The notes under the pieces: generated by a model
What the model saw: the letters and a program-made list of their open reading frames with translations, nothing else
What the model was told of the DNA's origin: nothing
The model's database searches: none
Assembly: GCA_902580215.1 (NCBI GenBank)
Contig: CACHJT010000001.1
Coordinates: 41,775 to 105,774, forward strand
Direction: 5' to 3'
Source: an uncultured Candidatus Actinomarina sp.
Lineage (GTDB): Bacteria > Actinomycetota > Acidimicrobiia > Actinomarinales > Actinomarinaceae
DNA: 64,000 nucleotides
Shown here: in pieces, positions 21,854 through 31,372 of the stretch
Layout of the letters: the number at the start of each line of letters is the position of its first letter
Numbering within the stretch: the stretch's first letter is position 1
Translations under genes and position numbers: made by a program

Positions 21854-23410
21854 TTAAGAAGTCATAAAATAATAATTAAATCCATCGCAAAGAGCATTCC
21901 AAGATGCATTGATAATATTTTCATGCACACCTATAGTGCTCCATTGTTTTTTTGAATCAGTAAATTCAATTAGTACTCTTGTTTTAGCCTCTGTGCCGTC
22001 AGAGGAATCAATTATCCTTACCTTGTAATCAATAAGTTTCACCTTATTAATGTTTTTATAGTCATTTTCAAGTGCTGATTTTAATGCTTTTGAGAGAGCA
22101 TCTACTGGACCAACTCCTTCACCCGTTTTTACATATCTATTATTATTTACTGTGATTTTACAAACAGCTTCTGAAACGACATTTTCAGAATTTCTTCTTT
22201 CCGAAAAAACTCTGAAACTTTCAAATTCAAAAAATTCTGGCCTAACTCCCTTTATTGAATTCATTAATATAAATAAAGAGGCATCAGCTGCTTCAAATTG
22301 AAAACCAATGTGCTCTAAGTTTTGAACTTGTTGAATTAAATCTTTAGCTTCATCATTGTTAATGCTAATTCCAAATTCCTCTGCTTTAGTAATAACACTT
22401 GCTCTACCAGCTAATTCTGAAACAGTAGTTCTTGTAAAATTTCCAACTTTTGACGCATCTATGTGTTCATATAGTGAGCTATCTTTTGACATACCAGACG
22501 CATGAAGTCCTGCCTTATGAGTAAAAGCTGATGACCCAACATATGGATGTCTTGAATCGATAGACACATTTACAAGTTCTGCAATATGGTTGGCTGTCTG
22601 GGTTAGTTTTTCAAGAGAATCTGTTGGTATTGTCTCATAATTTTGCTTTAAAGATAGATTGGGAATAAGTGTGCACAGGTCAGCATTCCCAGTCCTTTCA
22701 CCATACCCATTTATTGTTCCTTGAACATGATCAACACCAAGATCTACTGCAACCATTGAGTTAACTACTGCACAGCCATTGTCATTTTGAAAATGAACAC
22801 CAAATTTTGTTTTTGGATATTTTTCTATAACCTCAGAAAGAATTTTTCTTACTTCCTCTGGCAATGTACCACCATTTGTGTCACAAAATATAAAACAATC
22901 TGCACCAGCTGCAACTACTGATTCAAGAATTTTTAAACTTGTTTGTGAATCCTCTTTGTAACCGTCAAAGAAGTGTTCTGCATCAAAAAATACATTTTTA
23001 CCTTTTGACTTTAAATACAAAATTGTATCAACTGCCATATCAATTGCACTATCAACATCAGTTTGCAACGCCTTTGTAATATGAAGTTTTGAAGATTTAC
23101 CTACAATGCAGACATAATCAGTACCTGAATCAACTAATGCCTTTACTTGTGGATCGTCTTTAGCATATAAATTTAGCTTTCTAGTGGATCCAAAGCTTAC
23201 AAGTTTTGCATTCTTAAGATTTAACTCTCTTTTTGCAGTTTCAAAAAACTCTTCTTCTTTTGGAGAAGCTCCAGGCCATCCTCCTTCAATATAACTTACC
23301 CCTAATTCGTCAATTAACTTAGCAATTGAAATCTTATCCTTTACAGAAGGCGATATGCCTTCTTGTTGAAAGCCATCTCTTAGTGTTGTATCAAATATAT
23401 CTATTTTCAT
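21854..23410 (-). CDS. cimA: citramalate synthase (LeuA/CimA DRE-TIM family)
   Basis: DTTLRDG.Q, YIEGGWPG, FFDAEHFFDGYK, GYGERTGNA typical of the bacterial CimA branch; true start taken as ATG 23410 (MKIDIFDTT); Ile-rich leader upstream supports CimA over LeuA. Confidence 0.9.
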   Translation of the reverse strand: MKIDIFDTTLRDGFQQEGISPSVKDKISIAKLIDELGVSYIEGGWPGASPKEEEFFETAKRELNLKNAKLVSFGSTRKLNLYAKDDPQVKALVDSGTDYVCIVGKSSKLHITKALQTDVDSAIDMAVDTILYLKSKGKNVFFDAEHFFDGYKEDSQTSLKILESVVAAGADCFIFCDTNGGTLPEEVRKILSEVIEKYPKTKFGVHFQNDNGCAVVNSMVAVDLGVDHVQGTINGYGERTGNADLCTLIPNLSLKQNYETIPTDSLEKLTQTANHIAELVNVSIDSRHPYVGSSAFTHKAGLHASGMSKDSSLYEHIDASKVGNFTRTTVSELAGRASVITKAEEFGISINNDEAKDLIQQVQNLEHIGFQFEAADASLFILMNSIKGVRPEFFEFESFRVFSERRNSENVVSEAVCKITVNNNRYVKTGEGVGPVDALSKALKSALENDYKNINKVKLIDYKVRIIDSSDGTEAKTRVLIEFTDSKKQWSTIGVHENIINASWNALCDGFNYYFMTS

Positions 23411-23415
23411 ATTCC

Positions 23416-23441
23416 AAAAAAAAACCCTTGCAAAGCAAGGG
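23416..23441 (-). terminator. intrinsic terminator of cimA attenuator
   Basis: mRNA CCCUUGC-UUU-GCAAGGG followed by U9, ending 5 nt before the cimA ATG. Confidence 0.85.
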
Positions 23442-23464
23442 CAACAACGTTTACTACGTTGCAC

Positions 23465-23491
23465 CTAAATAATAATTATAATTTTTTTCAT
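23465..23491 (-). CDS. Ile-rich leader peptide MKKIIIII (cimA attenuator)
   Basis: ATG AAA AAA ATT ATA ATT ATT ATT TAG immediately upstream of the antiterminator/terminator. Confidence 0.85.
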   Translation of the reverse strand: MKKIIIII

Positions 23492-23501
23492 TGAGTCAAT
23501 A

Positions 23502-24185
23502 TTAGTTCTTTTTTCTATATTGTCTAACAAAAATATAGATCGATGAAAGCACCAAAAATAAAATCATGATATTTGTTGGACTTAAAAATGACTGCTTGTT
23601 TGCAACCACTTCAAACGTTTTTACTGATGTTCCTTCAATATCAAAAATTACAGTATTATCAACAATATTTTCAAGCTGAGGCCTTGTGATATTTCCAGGG
23701 ACAATGAAAGATATCTTTCCGTCAAAAATATTCTCATACCCCTCAATACTTTCTTCATCAGAAACAAAAATTTCTCCAAAAATTCCATTTATAGTAAATG
23801 ACCTGTTTGTGTCAGTAAAGTTTATTTCTTCAATTGGTAATAACAATAATGCTGTGTTTTCATTTTCATTAAGTAGTTTTAATTGAGCTTGTAATTCTTC
23901 AGTATTTTGAAAATCATTTCTAACTAAAATACCTAAATAGTTTCCTTCTTGGTAAATTGACGATCCATACCCTTCTGGAAGATCAGAAAGTATAGCATCT
24001 AATCCACCTATGGATGTTTGTCCAGTTTCTACTGCATAAAACTGAGCATCCTGATCGAGTAAAATTAATATTTTATAACTACCCGAATAATCTTCATTGA
24101 ATTCAACTTCCATACTCCACTTAACTTCACATGCAGAAAAAAGAAGAAATGTAATAAGCAGATAAAACTTAAACTTTGTGTTCAT
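23502..24185 (-). CDS. putative lipoprotein (LppM/DUF3153-like) with C-terminal TM anchor
   Basis: Lipobox-like FSAC, following 'EVEFNEDYSG' pattern, C-terminal hydrophobic helix plus basic tail. Confidence 0.55.
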   Translation of the reverse strand: MNTKFKFYLLITFLLFSACEVKWSMEVEFNEDYSGSYKILILLDQDAQFYAVETGQTSIGGLDAILSDLPEGYGSSIYQEGNYLGILVRNDFQNTEELQAQLKLLNENENTALLLLPIEEINFTDTNRSFTINGIFGEIFVSDEESIEGYENIFDGKISFIVPGNITRPQLENIVDNTVIFDIEGTSVKTFEVVANKQSFLSPTNIMILFLVLSSIYIFVRQYRKKN

Positions 24186-24744
24186 TTAACATCTCAACTA
24201 ACTTTACTCCTGCTATTTTTCTATGGCTTATATTTGATTTTTCTTCTAAAGTCATTTCAGCTAAGGTTTTTCCATTGACATCGAATATTGGATCATAACC
24301 AAAACCATTTTTTCCTCTTGGTTCTAATATAATATTTCCTTTAAGAACTCCTTCTGATGTTATAAAATTTAGACCATCAAAATAACATAGAACTGTTTTA
24401 AAGAATGCACTAAGATTATCAACTGTTTTAAGTTCATTAATTAATTTTTGATTATTTTCAACATCTGTAGAACTTAAGCCTGCATATCTCTTGGAGTGAA
24501 CACCAGGCCGACCATTTAATGCATTTACAAACAAACCTGAATCATCAGAAATAATTGGAGATTTAAAAACCTCGTAACATTCTTTGGCTTTCTTTTTTGC
24601 ATTTTCTTCAATTGTATTTCTATCTTCAATCACATCTGGAATATCTTTATTAAGCATCAAGGTATGTTTACTTCCAGATTCTTGAAAAATTTTTAATAAC
24701 TCTTTGTGCTTATTTTTATTATTTGAGGCTAAAAGGATTTCCAT
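24169..24744 (-). CDS. rdgB: non-canonical purine NTP pyrophosphatase (RdgB/HAM1)
   Basis: ASNNKNK, DDSGLFV.AL.G.PGV.S.RY, GFGYDPIF, SHR. Confidence 0.95.
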   Translation of the reverse strand: MEILLASNNKNKHKELLKIFQESGSKHTLMLNKDIPDVIEDRNTIEENAKKKAKECYEVFKSPIISDDSGLFVNALNGRPGVHSKRYAGLSSTDVENNQKLINELKTVDNLSAFFKTVLCYFDGLNFITSEGVLKGNIILEPRGKNGFGYDPIFDVNGKTLAEMTLEEKSNISHRKIAGVKLVEMLNEHKV

Positions 24745-24748
24745 TTAC

Positions 24749-25411
24749 TTATTTTTGTATTTCAAATACTTCTTTTATACACTCTTTTCCAAGTTCAAAA
24801 AGTTTATCGAGGTGTTGTTTTGGGAATGGCTTCCCTTCTGCAGTGCCCTGTATTTCTAGTATTTCAAATTTTTCATCCAGTACTAAATTGAGATCAACCT
24901 CTGCATTGGAATCTTTTTCATAATCAAGATCTGCTACCAATTCACCAGCAACAATCCCAACTGAAATAGCACCAACTTTACTAGTTAGTGGATTTTGATT
25001 TAATTTGCTTTCCTGGATCATTTTTTCAAATGTATCATTCAGAGCTATCCAAGCGCCATTAACAGAAGCAGTTCTTGTACCTCCATCAGCCTCTAACACA
25101 TCACAATCTACTGTAAAGGAGTACCCGTTTATAATACCTAAATTACAAACAGCCCTTAAAGATCTTCCAATTAATCTTGAAATTTCTTTGGACCTACCAG
25201 ACTCATAAGATTTTCTTGATATTCTATTTCCTGATGACCCAGGTAACATATTGTACTCTGCAGTTACCCATCCTTTATTAGAATTTAGCAACCAGTCTGG
25301 AAGTCTAGTTGAGACAGATACTGTAACTAATACCTTTGTATTGCCTGATTCATATAAAACTGAGTTTTCAGCAGAATTAATAAAATTTTTTGTTACTTTT
25401 ATGGGTCTCAT
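24749..25411 (-). CDS. rph: ribonuclease PH
   Basis: GWVTAEYNMLP, GRSKEISRLIGRSLRA, DCDVLEADGGTRTAS, EIQGTAEG. Confidence 0.96.
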   Translation of the reverse strand: MRPIKVTKNFINSAENSVLYESGNTKVLVTVSVSTRLPDWLLNSNKGWVTAEYNMLPGSSGNRISRKSYESGRSKEISRLIGRSLRAVCNLGIINGYSFTVDCDVLEADGGTRTASVNGAWIALNDTFEKMIQESKLNQNPLTSKVGAISVGIVAGELVADLDYEKDSNAEVDLNLVLDEKFEILEIQGTAEGKPFPKQHLDKLFELGKECIKEVFEIQK

Positions 25412-26058
25412 TATGGAGACATCCTTTCAATTTTCCATGAATTTTCTTCTGGCTTGTAACAAAACCTATCATGTGTCCTGTTTCTTCTCCCCTGCCAAAA
25501 CTCCCAATAATTGACCTCGATAGCAAACCCACCCCAAAAGTCAGGTCTTGGTATTTCTTTTCCTTCATATTCTTTTTCAAGCTCATCAATTTTATTCGTA
25601 ACATCTTCTCTGGATGAGATGATATTGCTCTGTGCAGATGCCAATGCACTTAATTGTCCGCCTCTTGGTCTTGTTTTAAAATATTCATCGGATATTTGTG
25701 AGTCAGCTTTTCTTGCTATGCCTTGAAATCTGACTTGCCTATGGATTTCAGCCCAGTAAAAAATACCAGAAACATTAGGGTTAGCAAATATCTCCACTGC
25801 TTTTGGACTTTCATAGTGTGTGTGAAAGATTAAATTATTATTTACGATATTTTTAAATAGTACATATCTCGATCTCGGAGCATTTTCATCTACAGTAGCT
25901 AGAACCATTGCATTAGGTTCGTAAATTTGCGTTTCAATGGCTTCATCTAGCCACTTTGTAAATTGTGTTATAGGGTCTTGATTTAAATCTTCTGATGTCA
26001 GGTCTAGATCGCTGTATTCATTACGAAGAGATTGAATCTTTTCTGAAAAATTTTCCAT
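25411..26058 (-). CDS. pdxH: pyridoxamine 5'-phosphate oxidase
   Basis: PNAMVLATV, RQVRFQG, YFKTRPR, EFWQGR.NR.HDR. Confidence 0.96.
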   Translation of the reverse strand: MENFSEKIQSLRNEYSDLDLTSEDLNQDPITQFTKWLDEAIETQIYEPNAMVLATVDENAPRSRYVLFKNIVNNNLIFHTHYESPKAVEIFANPNVSGIFYWAEIHRQVRFQGIARKADSQISDEYFKTRPRGGQLSALASAQSNIISSREDVTNKIDELEKEYEGKEIPRPDFWGGFAIEVNYWEFWQGRRNRTHDRFCYKPEENSWKIERMSP

Positions 26059-28319
26059 TAATTTGATTTAATGTAATTTAAAGCTGATCCACTTTCAAAC
26101 CAACTTATTTGCTCTTCAGATAGAGAATGGTTAGTGTCTATATCTACTGTTGAACCATCTTCTTTCTGTATAGAGACTGTAATTTTACTTCCTGGACTTA
26201 AGTTTTCTAAATTTTTAATAGTTAATTTATCATTCTGCTCTATCTTTTCATAGTCAGCTTTATCTTCAAAAGTTAGCGGTAGTATACCTTGCTTTTTCAA
26301 ATTAGCTTCGTGGATTCTTGCAAAGCTTTTGACCAAAACTACTCTACAACCTCTGAACCTCGGCTCCATGGCAGCATGTTCCCTTGATGATCCCTCACCA
26401 TAATTTTCATCACCAATTGCAATCCAGTTTATGTTATGTTCATGGTATGTTTTTGCAAGATCAGGCAACGTCATAATTTCATTGTTAAGGGTATTAACAC
26501 CTGTCCCTGATTCTTCTGAAAAAGCATTATTAACACCTATAAATAAATTTTGAGAGATATTTTCTAGGTGACCTCTAAACCTTAACCATTTACCTGCAGG
26601 TGATATGTGATCAGTTGTACACTTTCCTACAGCTTTCATAATTACAGTCATGTCTATATAATTACTTGCATCAAATGAGTCAAAAGGTGTTAAAGCTTGT
26701 AATCTCTCAGAATCTGGATTTATAACAACTTCAACTTCACTATTTTCTTTTGGCTGGACAAAACCTTCCAAAGTGCTTTCAAACCCTTCTGAAGGTAGCT
26801 CTTCTGCGGTTGGAGGTGAGAGCTTTACCTCTTCACCCTCTTCGTTTATTAAAGTATCATTAAGAAAATCGAATTCTAGAGTTCCACCTAAAGCTAAGCC
26901 AATTACAGTTTCGGGTGAACCAATAAAGGATAATGTTTCCTTATTGCCATCATTTCTTGCTGGAAAGTTTCTATTGTACGAAGAGACAATTGTATTAGTT
27001 TGTCCTTCTTCAATATCATCTCTTTTCCATTGTCCAATACATGGTCCACATGCATTTGCAAGGACAGTAGCGCCTATTGCTTCAAGATCTTTTAAGTATC
27101 CATCTCTTTCAATGGTTGCTCTTGTAATTTCGGACCCTGGAGTGACCATAAGTGGGACTTTAGATTTTAAACCTTTTTTAGCTGCTTCTCTTGCTATAAA
27201 AGCTGCTCGACCAATATCTTCATAAGATGAATTAGTGCATGAACCTATAAGAGCGTTTGAAATTTCTAAAGGATAACTATTTTCTACAGCATCATCTTTC
27301 AATTTTGATACTGGGCGAGCTAAGTCTGGTGTATGTGGACCCACAACATGTGGCTCAAGACTATCTAAATCAATTTCAATAACTTGATCAAAATAATTTT
27401 CAGGGTTTGCAACAACATCATCGTCTGGAGTTAACAAATGCATATTTTCCTTAGCAAGAGACGCTATGTCTCCTCTTCCTGTGGCTTTGAGGTATTCCTC
27501 ACCTTTTACGTCAAATGGAAATATAGAGCATGTTGCGCCAATTTCAGCACCCATATTTGTTATAGTTGCTTTTCCCGTAGTAGAAATAGACTCTGTTCCT
27601 TCTCCAAAATACTCAACGATTGCATTCGTGCCACCTTTTACGGTCAAAATTTCTGCAACTTTCAAAATTATGTCTTTAGGAGCAGTCCAACCACTTAATT
27701 TTCCTGTTAGTTTTACCCCAATTAATTTTGGTATTTTTGTATTGAAAGGCATACCAGCCATTACATCAACTGCATCAGCTCCACCAACTCCAATTGCAAC
27801 CATGCCTAATCCCCCTGCATTTGGTGTATGGCTATCAGTTCCAATCATCATTCCACCAGGGAATGCATACTGCTCAAGAACAACTTGATGAATGATTCCA
27901 GCCCCTGGACCCCAAAAACCAATATTAAATTTTTCAGATGCTGTTCGTAAAAAATCAAATACTTCTTTGTGTGTTTTATTAGCGACTTTTAAATCACTGT
28001 TTGCCCCTTCATAAGCTTGAATCAAATGATCACAGTGAACTGTAGTGGGAACTGCTGTCTCTGGTAGTTCAGCCTGCATAAATTGGAGCAATGCCATTTG
28101 TGCTGTTGCATCCTGCATCGCAACTCTATCAGGTAGAAAATCCCCAAAATCTTCACCTTTATTTAACGAAATATTTTTAACATCTTTGGCATGTCCGTAC
28201 AATACTTTTTCAGCGAGAGTTAGTGGGCTGCCTTTTCTATTTTTAAACTCAGCAATATTAGATTCCAAAGTTTTGTAAACTTTTTCTACCAGTTGTATAT
28301 GTGTTTTTGACAGATCCAT
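26058..28319 (-). CDS. acnA: aconitate hydratase, mitochondrial-type
   Basis: DRVAMQDATAQMALLQF, HCDHLIQA, IGSCTNSS, ACGPCIGQW, NYGEGSSREHAA; 753 aa. Confidence 0.95.
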   Translation of the reverse strand: MDLSKTHIQLVEKVYKTLESNIAEFKNRKGSPLTLAEKVLYGHAKDVKNISLNKGEDFGDFLPDRVAMQDATAQMALLQFMQAELPETAVPTTVHCDHLIQAYEGANSDLKVANKTHKEVFDFLRTASEKFNIGFWGPGAGIIHQVVLEQYAFPGGMMIGTDSHTPNAGGLGMVAIGVGGADAVDVMAGMPFNTKIPKLIGVKLTGKLSGWTAPKDIILKVAEILTVKGGTNAIVEYFGEGTESISTTGKATITNMGAEIGATCSIFPFDVKGEEYLKATGRGDIASLAKENMHLLTPDDDVVANPENYFDQVIEIDLDSLEPHVVGPHTPDLARPVSKLKDDAVENSYPLEISNALIGSCTNSSYEDIGRAAFIAREAAKKGLKSKVPLMVTPGSEITRATIERDGYLKDLEAIGATVLANACGPCIGQWKRDDIEEGQTNTIVSSYNRNFPARNDGNKETLSFIGSPETVIGLALGGTLEFDFLNDTLINEEGEEVKLSPPTAEELPSEGFESTLEGFVQPKENSEVEVVINPDSERLQALTPFDSFDASNYIDMTVIMKAVGKCTTDHISPAGKWLRFRGHLENISQNLFIGVNNAFSEESGTGVNTLNNEIMTLPDLAKTYHEHNINWIAIGDENYGEGSSREHAAMEPRFRGCRVVLVKSFARIHEANLKKQGILPLTFEDKADYEKIEQNDKLTIKNLENLSPGSKITVSIQKEDGSTVDIDTNHSLSEEQISWFESGSALNYIKSN

Positions 28320-28357
28320 CTTTTTAATTATATATTTACTTGAGCCTAAAGTTTAAC

Positions 28358-29809
28358 TTATCTGTATTCTGAACAAGTATTCTTAAACTCACAAGTTTGA
28401 CACCAATCTCCTACTGTATATTTAGGACTTAGAGCATCGTATGGTATCCAAGATGCAGGTTTGTTTGCAATACTCTCAAACTTTGCTTTTGCTGATTCTA
28501 TTTCACTTGGTCCAAATCTTCTCTCTTTTACCTCTGCATTATGCTCAGAAACATAAATATGTAAAACTATAATTTCATCTTCCTGTTTCATTATTGAGGA
28601 TGCACCTAGAGCATATAGTTCTGCTTCAATTGCGTCTTCATTCATTTCTGGTCGTGTTTTGAGTTCAATAATTATAGGAGTGTCACCTACTCGACCAGCT
28701 AAATCTGACTTACCATTAAATATAGTTGCTACTTTTTGATCAACTACCTCTCCTTTTCTTTCTCCTTTTCCCTCAACAATAAAAGTACATCCTAAAATAT
28801 ATTCAGCTTCTTTAATAACTAAATTTTCATAATCGGTTAACTTTGCTACGAGATATTTATATTTGTTAAACAGCTCTTCTTGAGTTATTCCGTCTTCATT
28901 TACTGTCAGCTTTTTGAAATCTTCAATATTTTCATCTTCGTAATAGTTCTCGTTATCAACAAGCATTTGTTGTGAGTACTTATGGAATTTTGTAGCAGTT
29001 GATTCTGATTCAAATTCTATATAATCTTCACGAGGGAGTCCATACTGAACATTCCAAGCTGTTCTCCGCTCACATTTATCTAATTTAACTAAATTAGTTT
29101 TTGATACCTTTACCTCTCTAACATTTCTATTTATTTTATTTTCGTTAATCAATGGAAACTGGCCACATCGAGAAGCTTGATCACAAAAATCACAGTGACT
29201 TCCAGGTGTTCTCTTCTGTCTGTCATAAACATAGCTTTTTATAATTTCAAAATATTCATCAATAACCTCATCAGGGTTATCAATTAAATCAATATCCATC
29301 AAATCGTCTAATTCAAGGGCAGCTGTGTAAAATTCTTCGTTATCCTCTTTTAGTTTTGTCAAGATTGCCAAGTCGATTAAGTCAGGTGAAGGATCGTGTG
29401 CTGTTTTTAATCTAACTAACTCATAATGTCCCTCGTCTTCAAACTCATATGCAAAATGAGTTGTTATGCCATAAATTTCTCCATTTATCTCTTTTTCAAT
29501 TTCCTTTGAGATATATTGGTGATTGAATGTGTATTGCCTTTTTGGATAAATCGTTCTAAATCTTGAGAAAAGATCTGAAAGAATTTTTTTTTGAATTGGA
29601 TCGTAAGACTGAAAATTATTTCTTTCTGCTACTTTTACAGAAGTTTCTTCAATTGCATCATTATTTATCCAATCAATTATTGCGGAGTTTAGATCTCGCC
29701 ATCTATCAAATTTAGGTTTTGCTAGGCTCGTTTTTTTTCCAACTGATACATGACATTGACTCATTTTTTTCACTGCACTAGTCGAATATCTATTGTCTTT
29801 GTCAGCCAT
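28358..29809 (-). CDS. tandem Cas4/AddB-like PD-(D/E)XK nuclease with two 4-Cys motifs
   Basis: Two S..S/T.....C ... CxxCxxxxxC units; C-terminal unit has GKSDL..IIELKT..ELYA. Start placed at ATG 29809, 6 nt after TATAAT. Confidence 0.8.
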   Translation of the reverse strand: MADKDNRYSTSAVKKMSQCHVSVGKKTSLAKPKFDRWRDLNSAIIDWINNDAIEETSVKVAERNNFQSYDPIQKKILSDLFSRFRTIYPKRQYTFNHQYISKEIEKEINGEIYGITTHFAYEFEDEGHYELVRLKTAHDPSPDLIDLAILTKLKEDNEEFYTAALELDDLMDIDLIDNPDEVIDEYFEIIKSYVYDRQKRTPGSHCDFCDQASRCGQFPLINENKINRNVREVKVSKTNLVKLDKCERRTAWNVQYGLPREDYIEFESESTATKFHKYSQQMLVDNENYYEDENIEDFKKLTVNEDGITQEELFNKYKYLVAKLTDYENLVIKEAEYILGCTFIVEGKGERKGEVVDQKVATIFNGKSDLAGRVGDTPIIIELKTRPEMNEDAIEAELYALGASSIMKQEDEIIVLHIYVSEHNAEVKERRFGPSEIESAKAKFESIANKPASWIPYDALSPKYTVGDWCQTCEFKNTCSEYR

Positions 29810-29849
29810 ATGTAAATTATAGTTTATGGATTGTTGCGATTTTGTCTTA

Positions 29850-31301
29850 TCATTTTTTCTTGTTTTGATACAACATTTCAATGGTAAGGCTACCCTTTTG
29901 GAATTCGATTAAATCACTCCATAAAGAGTTTTTTATTGAACACATTTCGTGATCATTATTGCGATATTCACCCACTAACGATTCATTAAGGTTTAAATTC
30001 TTAATAACATTATCACTTCCTAGCATCATTTTAATTCTTGGATCATACAGTATTCTTAATTGTGTTAAATCAACATGTGAAAAATGACCCATTTCAGGAG
30101 CGAGGGAATTATATGACATCACAGAATCGTAACATTTGTTATGTCGAAGTCCCAGAGCGTGTCCAAACTCATGTACCAACACATGGCTTCTCATTTCTTT
30201 AGATCTGGAAGAATCAACCCAGATCCACCCAAATTTTTCCTTTGTATTGACTTTAGAGGAATGGTTATGACTAAATAAACCAATATATCTATCTTCCATG
30301 CAACCTATTGACTTTTCAGAAATAAACTCACTACAGGGAAGAAAATGAATAGGTAAATTTACAAAATAGGAGTTATTAGAATATGAAATATTGAGTTGCG
30401 GTGCAACTAAATGAAGAGTTTGAATTATTTTATTCATGGTTTGTAAGTCAGAACTGGTTACATCTCCAAATAAGCCTACGACTACATCCCCTTCTAATCT
30501 ATTTCTAAGCCACAACGTCTCTTCAACATATTCACCATCTATGGTGTTTAAAGTTTTTTCTAATAGTGATATACCAGCTTCATGTGGAGGAGGAAGATTT
30601 TTGTGTTGTTTTTTTAGTTCTTGGGTCCTAAAAAATATTTCAAAATATTTTTTTTCACCAATTATTGAGACATCAAAAAATAATGTATCAACTGGGTTAA
30701 ATATTCCATCTTTATATATTGGTTCAATCTTCTTAAAGTTCTTAAAATTTTCAATATCTAAAGTAAATACCTTTTTTTTGTAACACTCTTTATTTTTTTT
30801 ATCTTTTCCTTCTATTTCAACAAACCACTTAAATCCCTTTTCTTTTACCTGATTAAGAATTTCTAGCTCAACTGTTTGTATTTCTTCATCTATAAGCAAC
30901 TTTTGTTTTGTGATGGTGTGAAGCCTATAGCCATGGCTTTTATTTACCTTTGCATTCATGGGATATATATTTAATGTTATAGATCCAAGATTTTGCTCTT
31001 TTGGTGTTCTTGGAAATTGTAAAATTGCAGACGTTTGATTTTCATTTAGTTTAAAAGATATATTATTCCAATAATTTTTATCATCGCAATTAACAACTAG
31101 ATTTGAACCAGATTCTTTTCCAATATTATTTTTATCTAATTTTAAATCTTGGTATTGATCGACTTCTGAACTGTCAGTTAATACATAAATTGTCTCCGGC
31201 TTTTTGATTAAGTAATCATAAGTAATTGTTAATTGATTTATTGCAAAAAAGCTCCATGCCAATATCCAGCTAAATAAAAAAGTAAATTTACCTTCAGACA
31301 T
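29850..31301 (-). CDS. membrane-anchored/secreted metzincin (matrixin-like) zinc metalloprotease
   Basis: N-terminal hydrophobic helix, HEFGHALGLRH and Met-turn SVMSY; start placed at ATG 31301. Confidence 0.8.
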   Translation of the reverse strand: MSEGKFTFLFSWILAWSFFAINQLTITYDYLIKKPETIYVLTDSSEVDQYQDLKLDKNNIGKESGSNLVVNCDDKNYWNNISFKLNENQTSAILQFPRTPKEQNLGSITLNIYPMNAKVNKSHGYRLHTITKQKLLIDEEIQTVELEILNQVKEKGFKWFVEIEGKDKKNKECYKKKVFTLDIENFKNFKKIEPIYKDGIFNPVDTLFFDVSIIGEKKYFEIFFRTQELKKQHKNLPPPHEAGISLLEKTLNTIDGEYVEETLWLRNRLEGDVVVGLFGDVTSSDLQTMNKIIQTLHLVAPQLNISYSNNSYFVNLPIHFLPCSEFISEKSIGCMEDRYIGLFSHNHSSKVNTKEKFGWIWVDSSRSKEMRSHVLVHEFGHALGLRHNKCYDSVMSYNSLAPEMGHFSHVDLTQLRILYDPRIKMMLGSDNVIKNLNLNESLVGEYRNNDHEMCSIKNSLWSDLIEFQKGSLTIEMLYQNKKK

Positions 31302-31317
31302 GATTTTCCATACTTTT

Positions 31318-31340
31318 AAATTACAAAAGCGCTGTGACAA
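31318..31340 (-). promoter_or_regulatory. PafBC/RecA-NDp-like promoter (metalloprotease)
   Basis: TTGTCAC-AGCGCTTTTG-TAATTT (N10 spacer). Confidence 0.65.
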
Positions 31341-31343
31341 ATT

Positions 31344-31366
31344 TTGTCATACCTTGTTTGTATATT
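31344..31366 (+). promoter_or_regulatory. PafBC/RecA-NDp-like promoter (31373 operon)
   Basis: TTGTCAT-ACCTTGTTTG-TATATT, ATG 6 nt downstream. Confidence 0.7.
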
Positions 31367-31372
31367 TCTGTT

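Noticed and set aside
23411..23464. ORF-track N-terminal extension of cimA (MQRSKRCCPC...)
   Set aside because: It translates the attenuator hairpins; family similarity starts at MKIDIFDTT (23410).
28358..29881. Cas4-like gene as part of a CRISPR-Cas locus
   Set aside because: No cas1/cas2 or other cas genes and no repeat-spacer array seen in the window.
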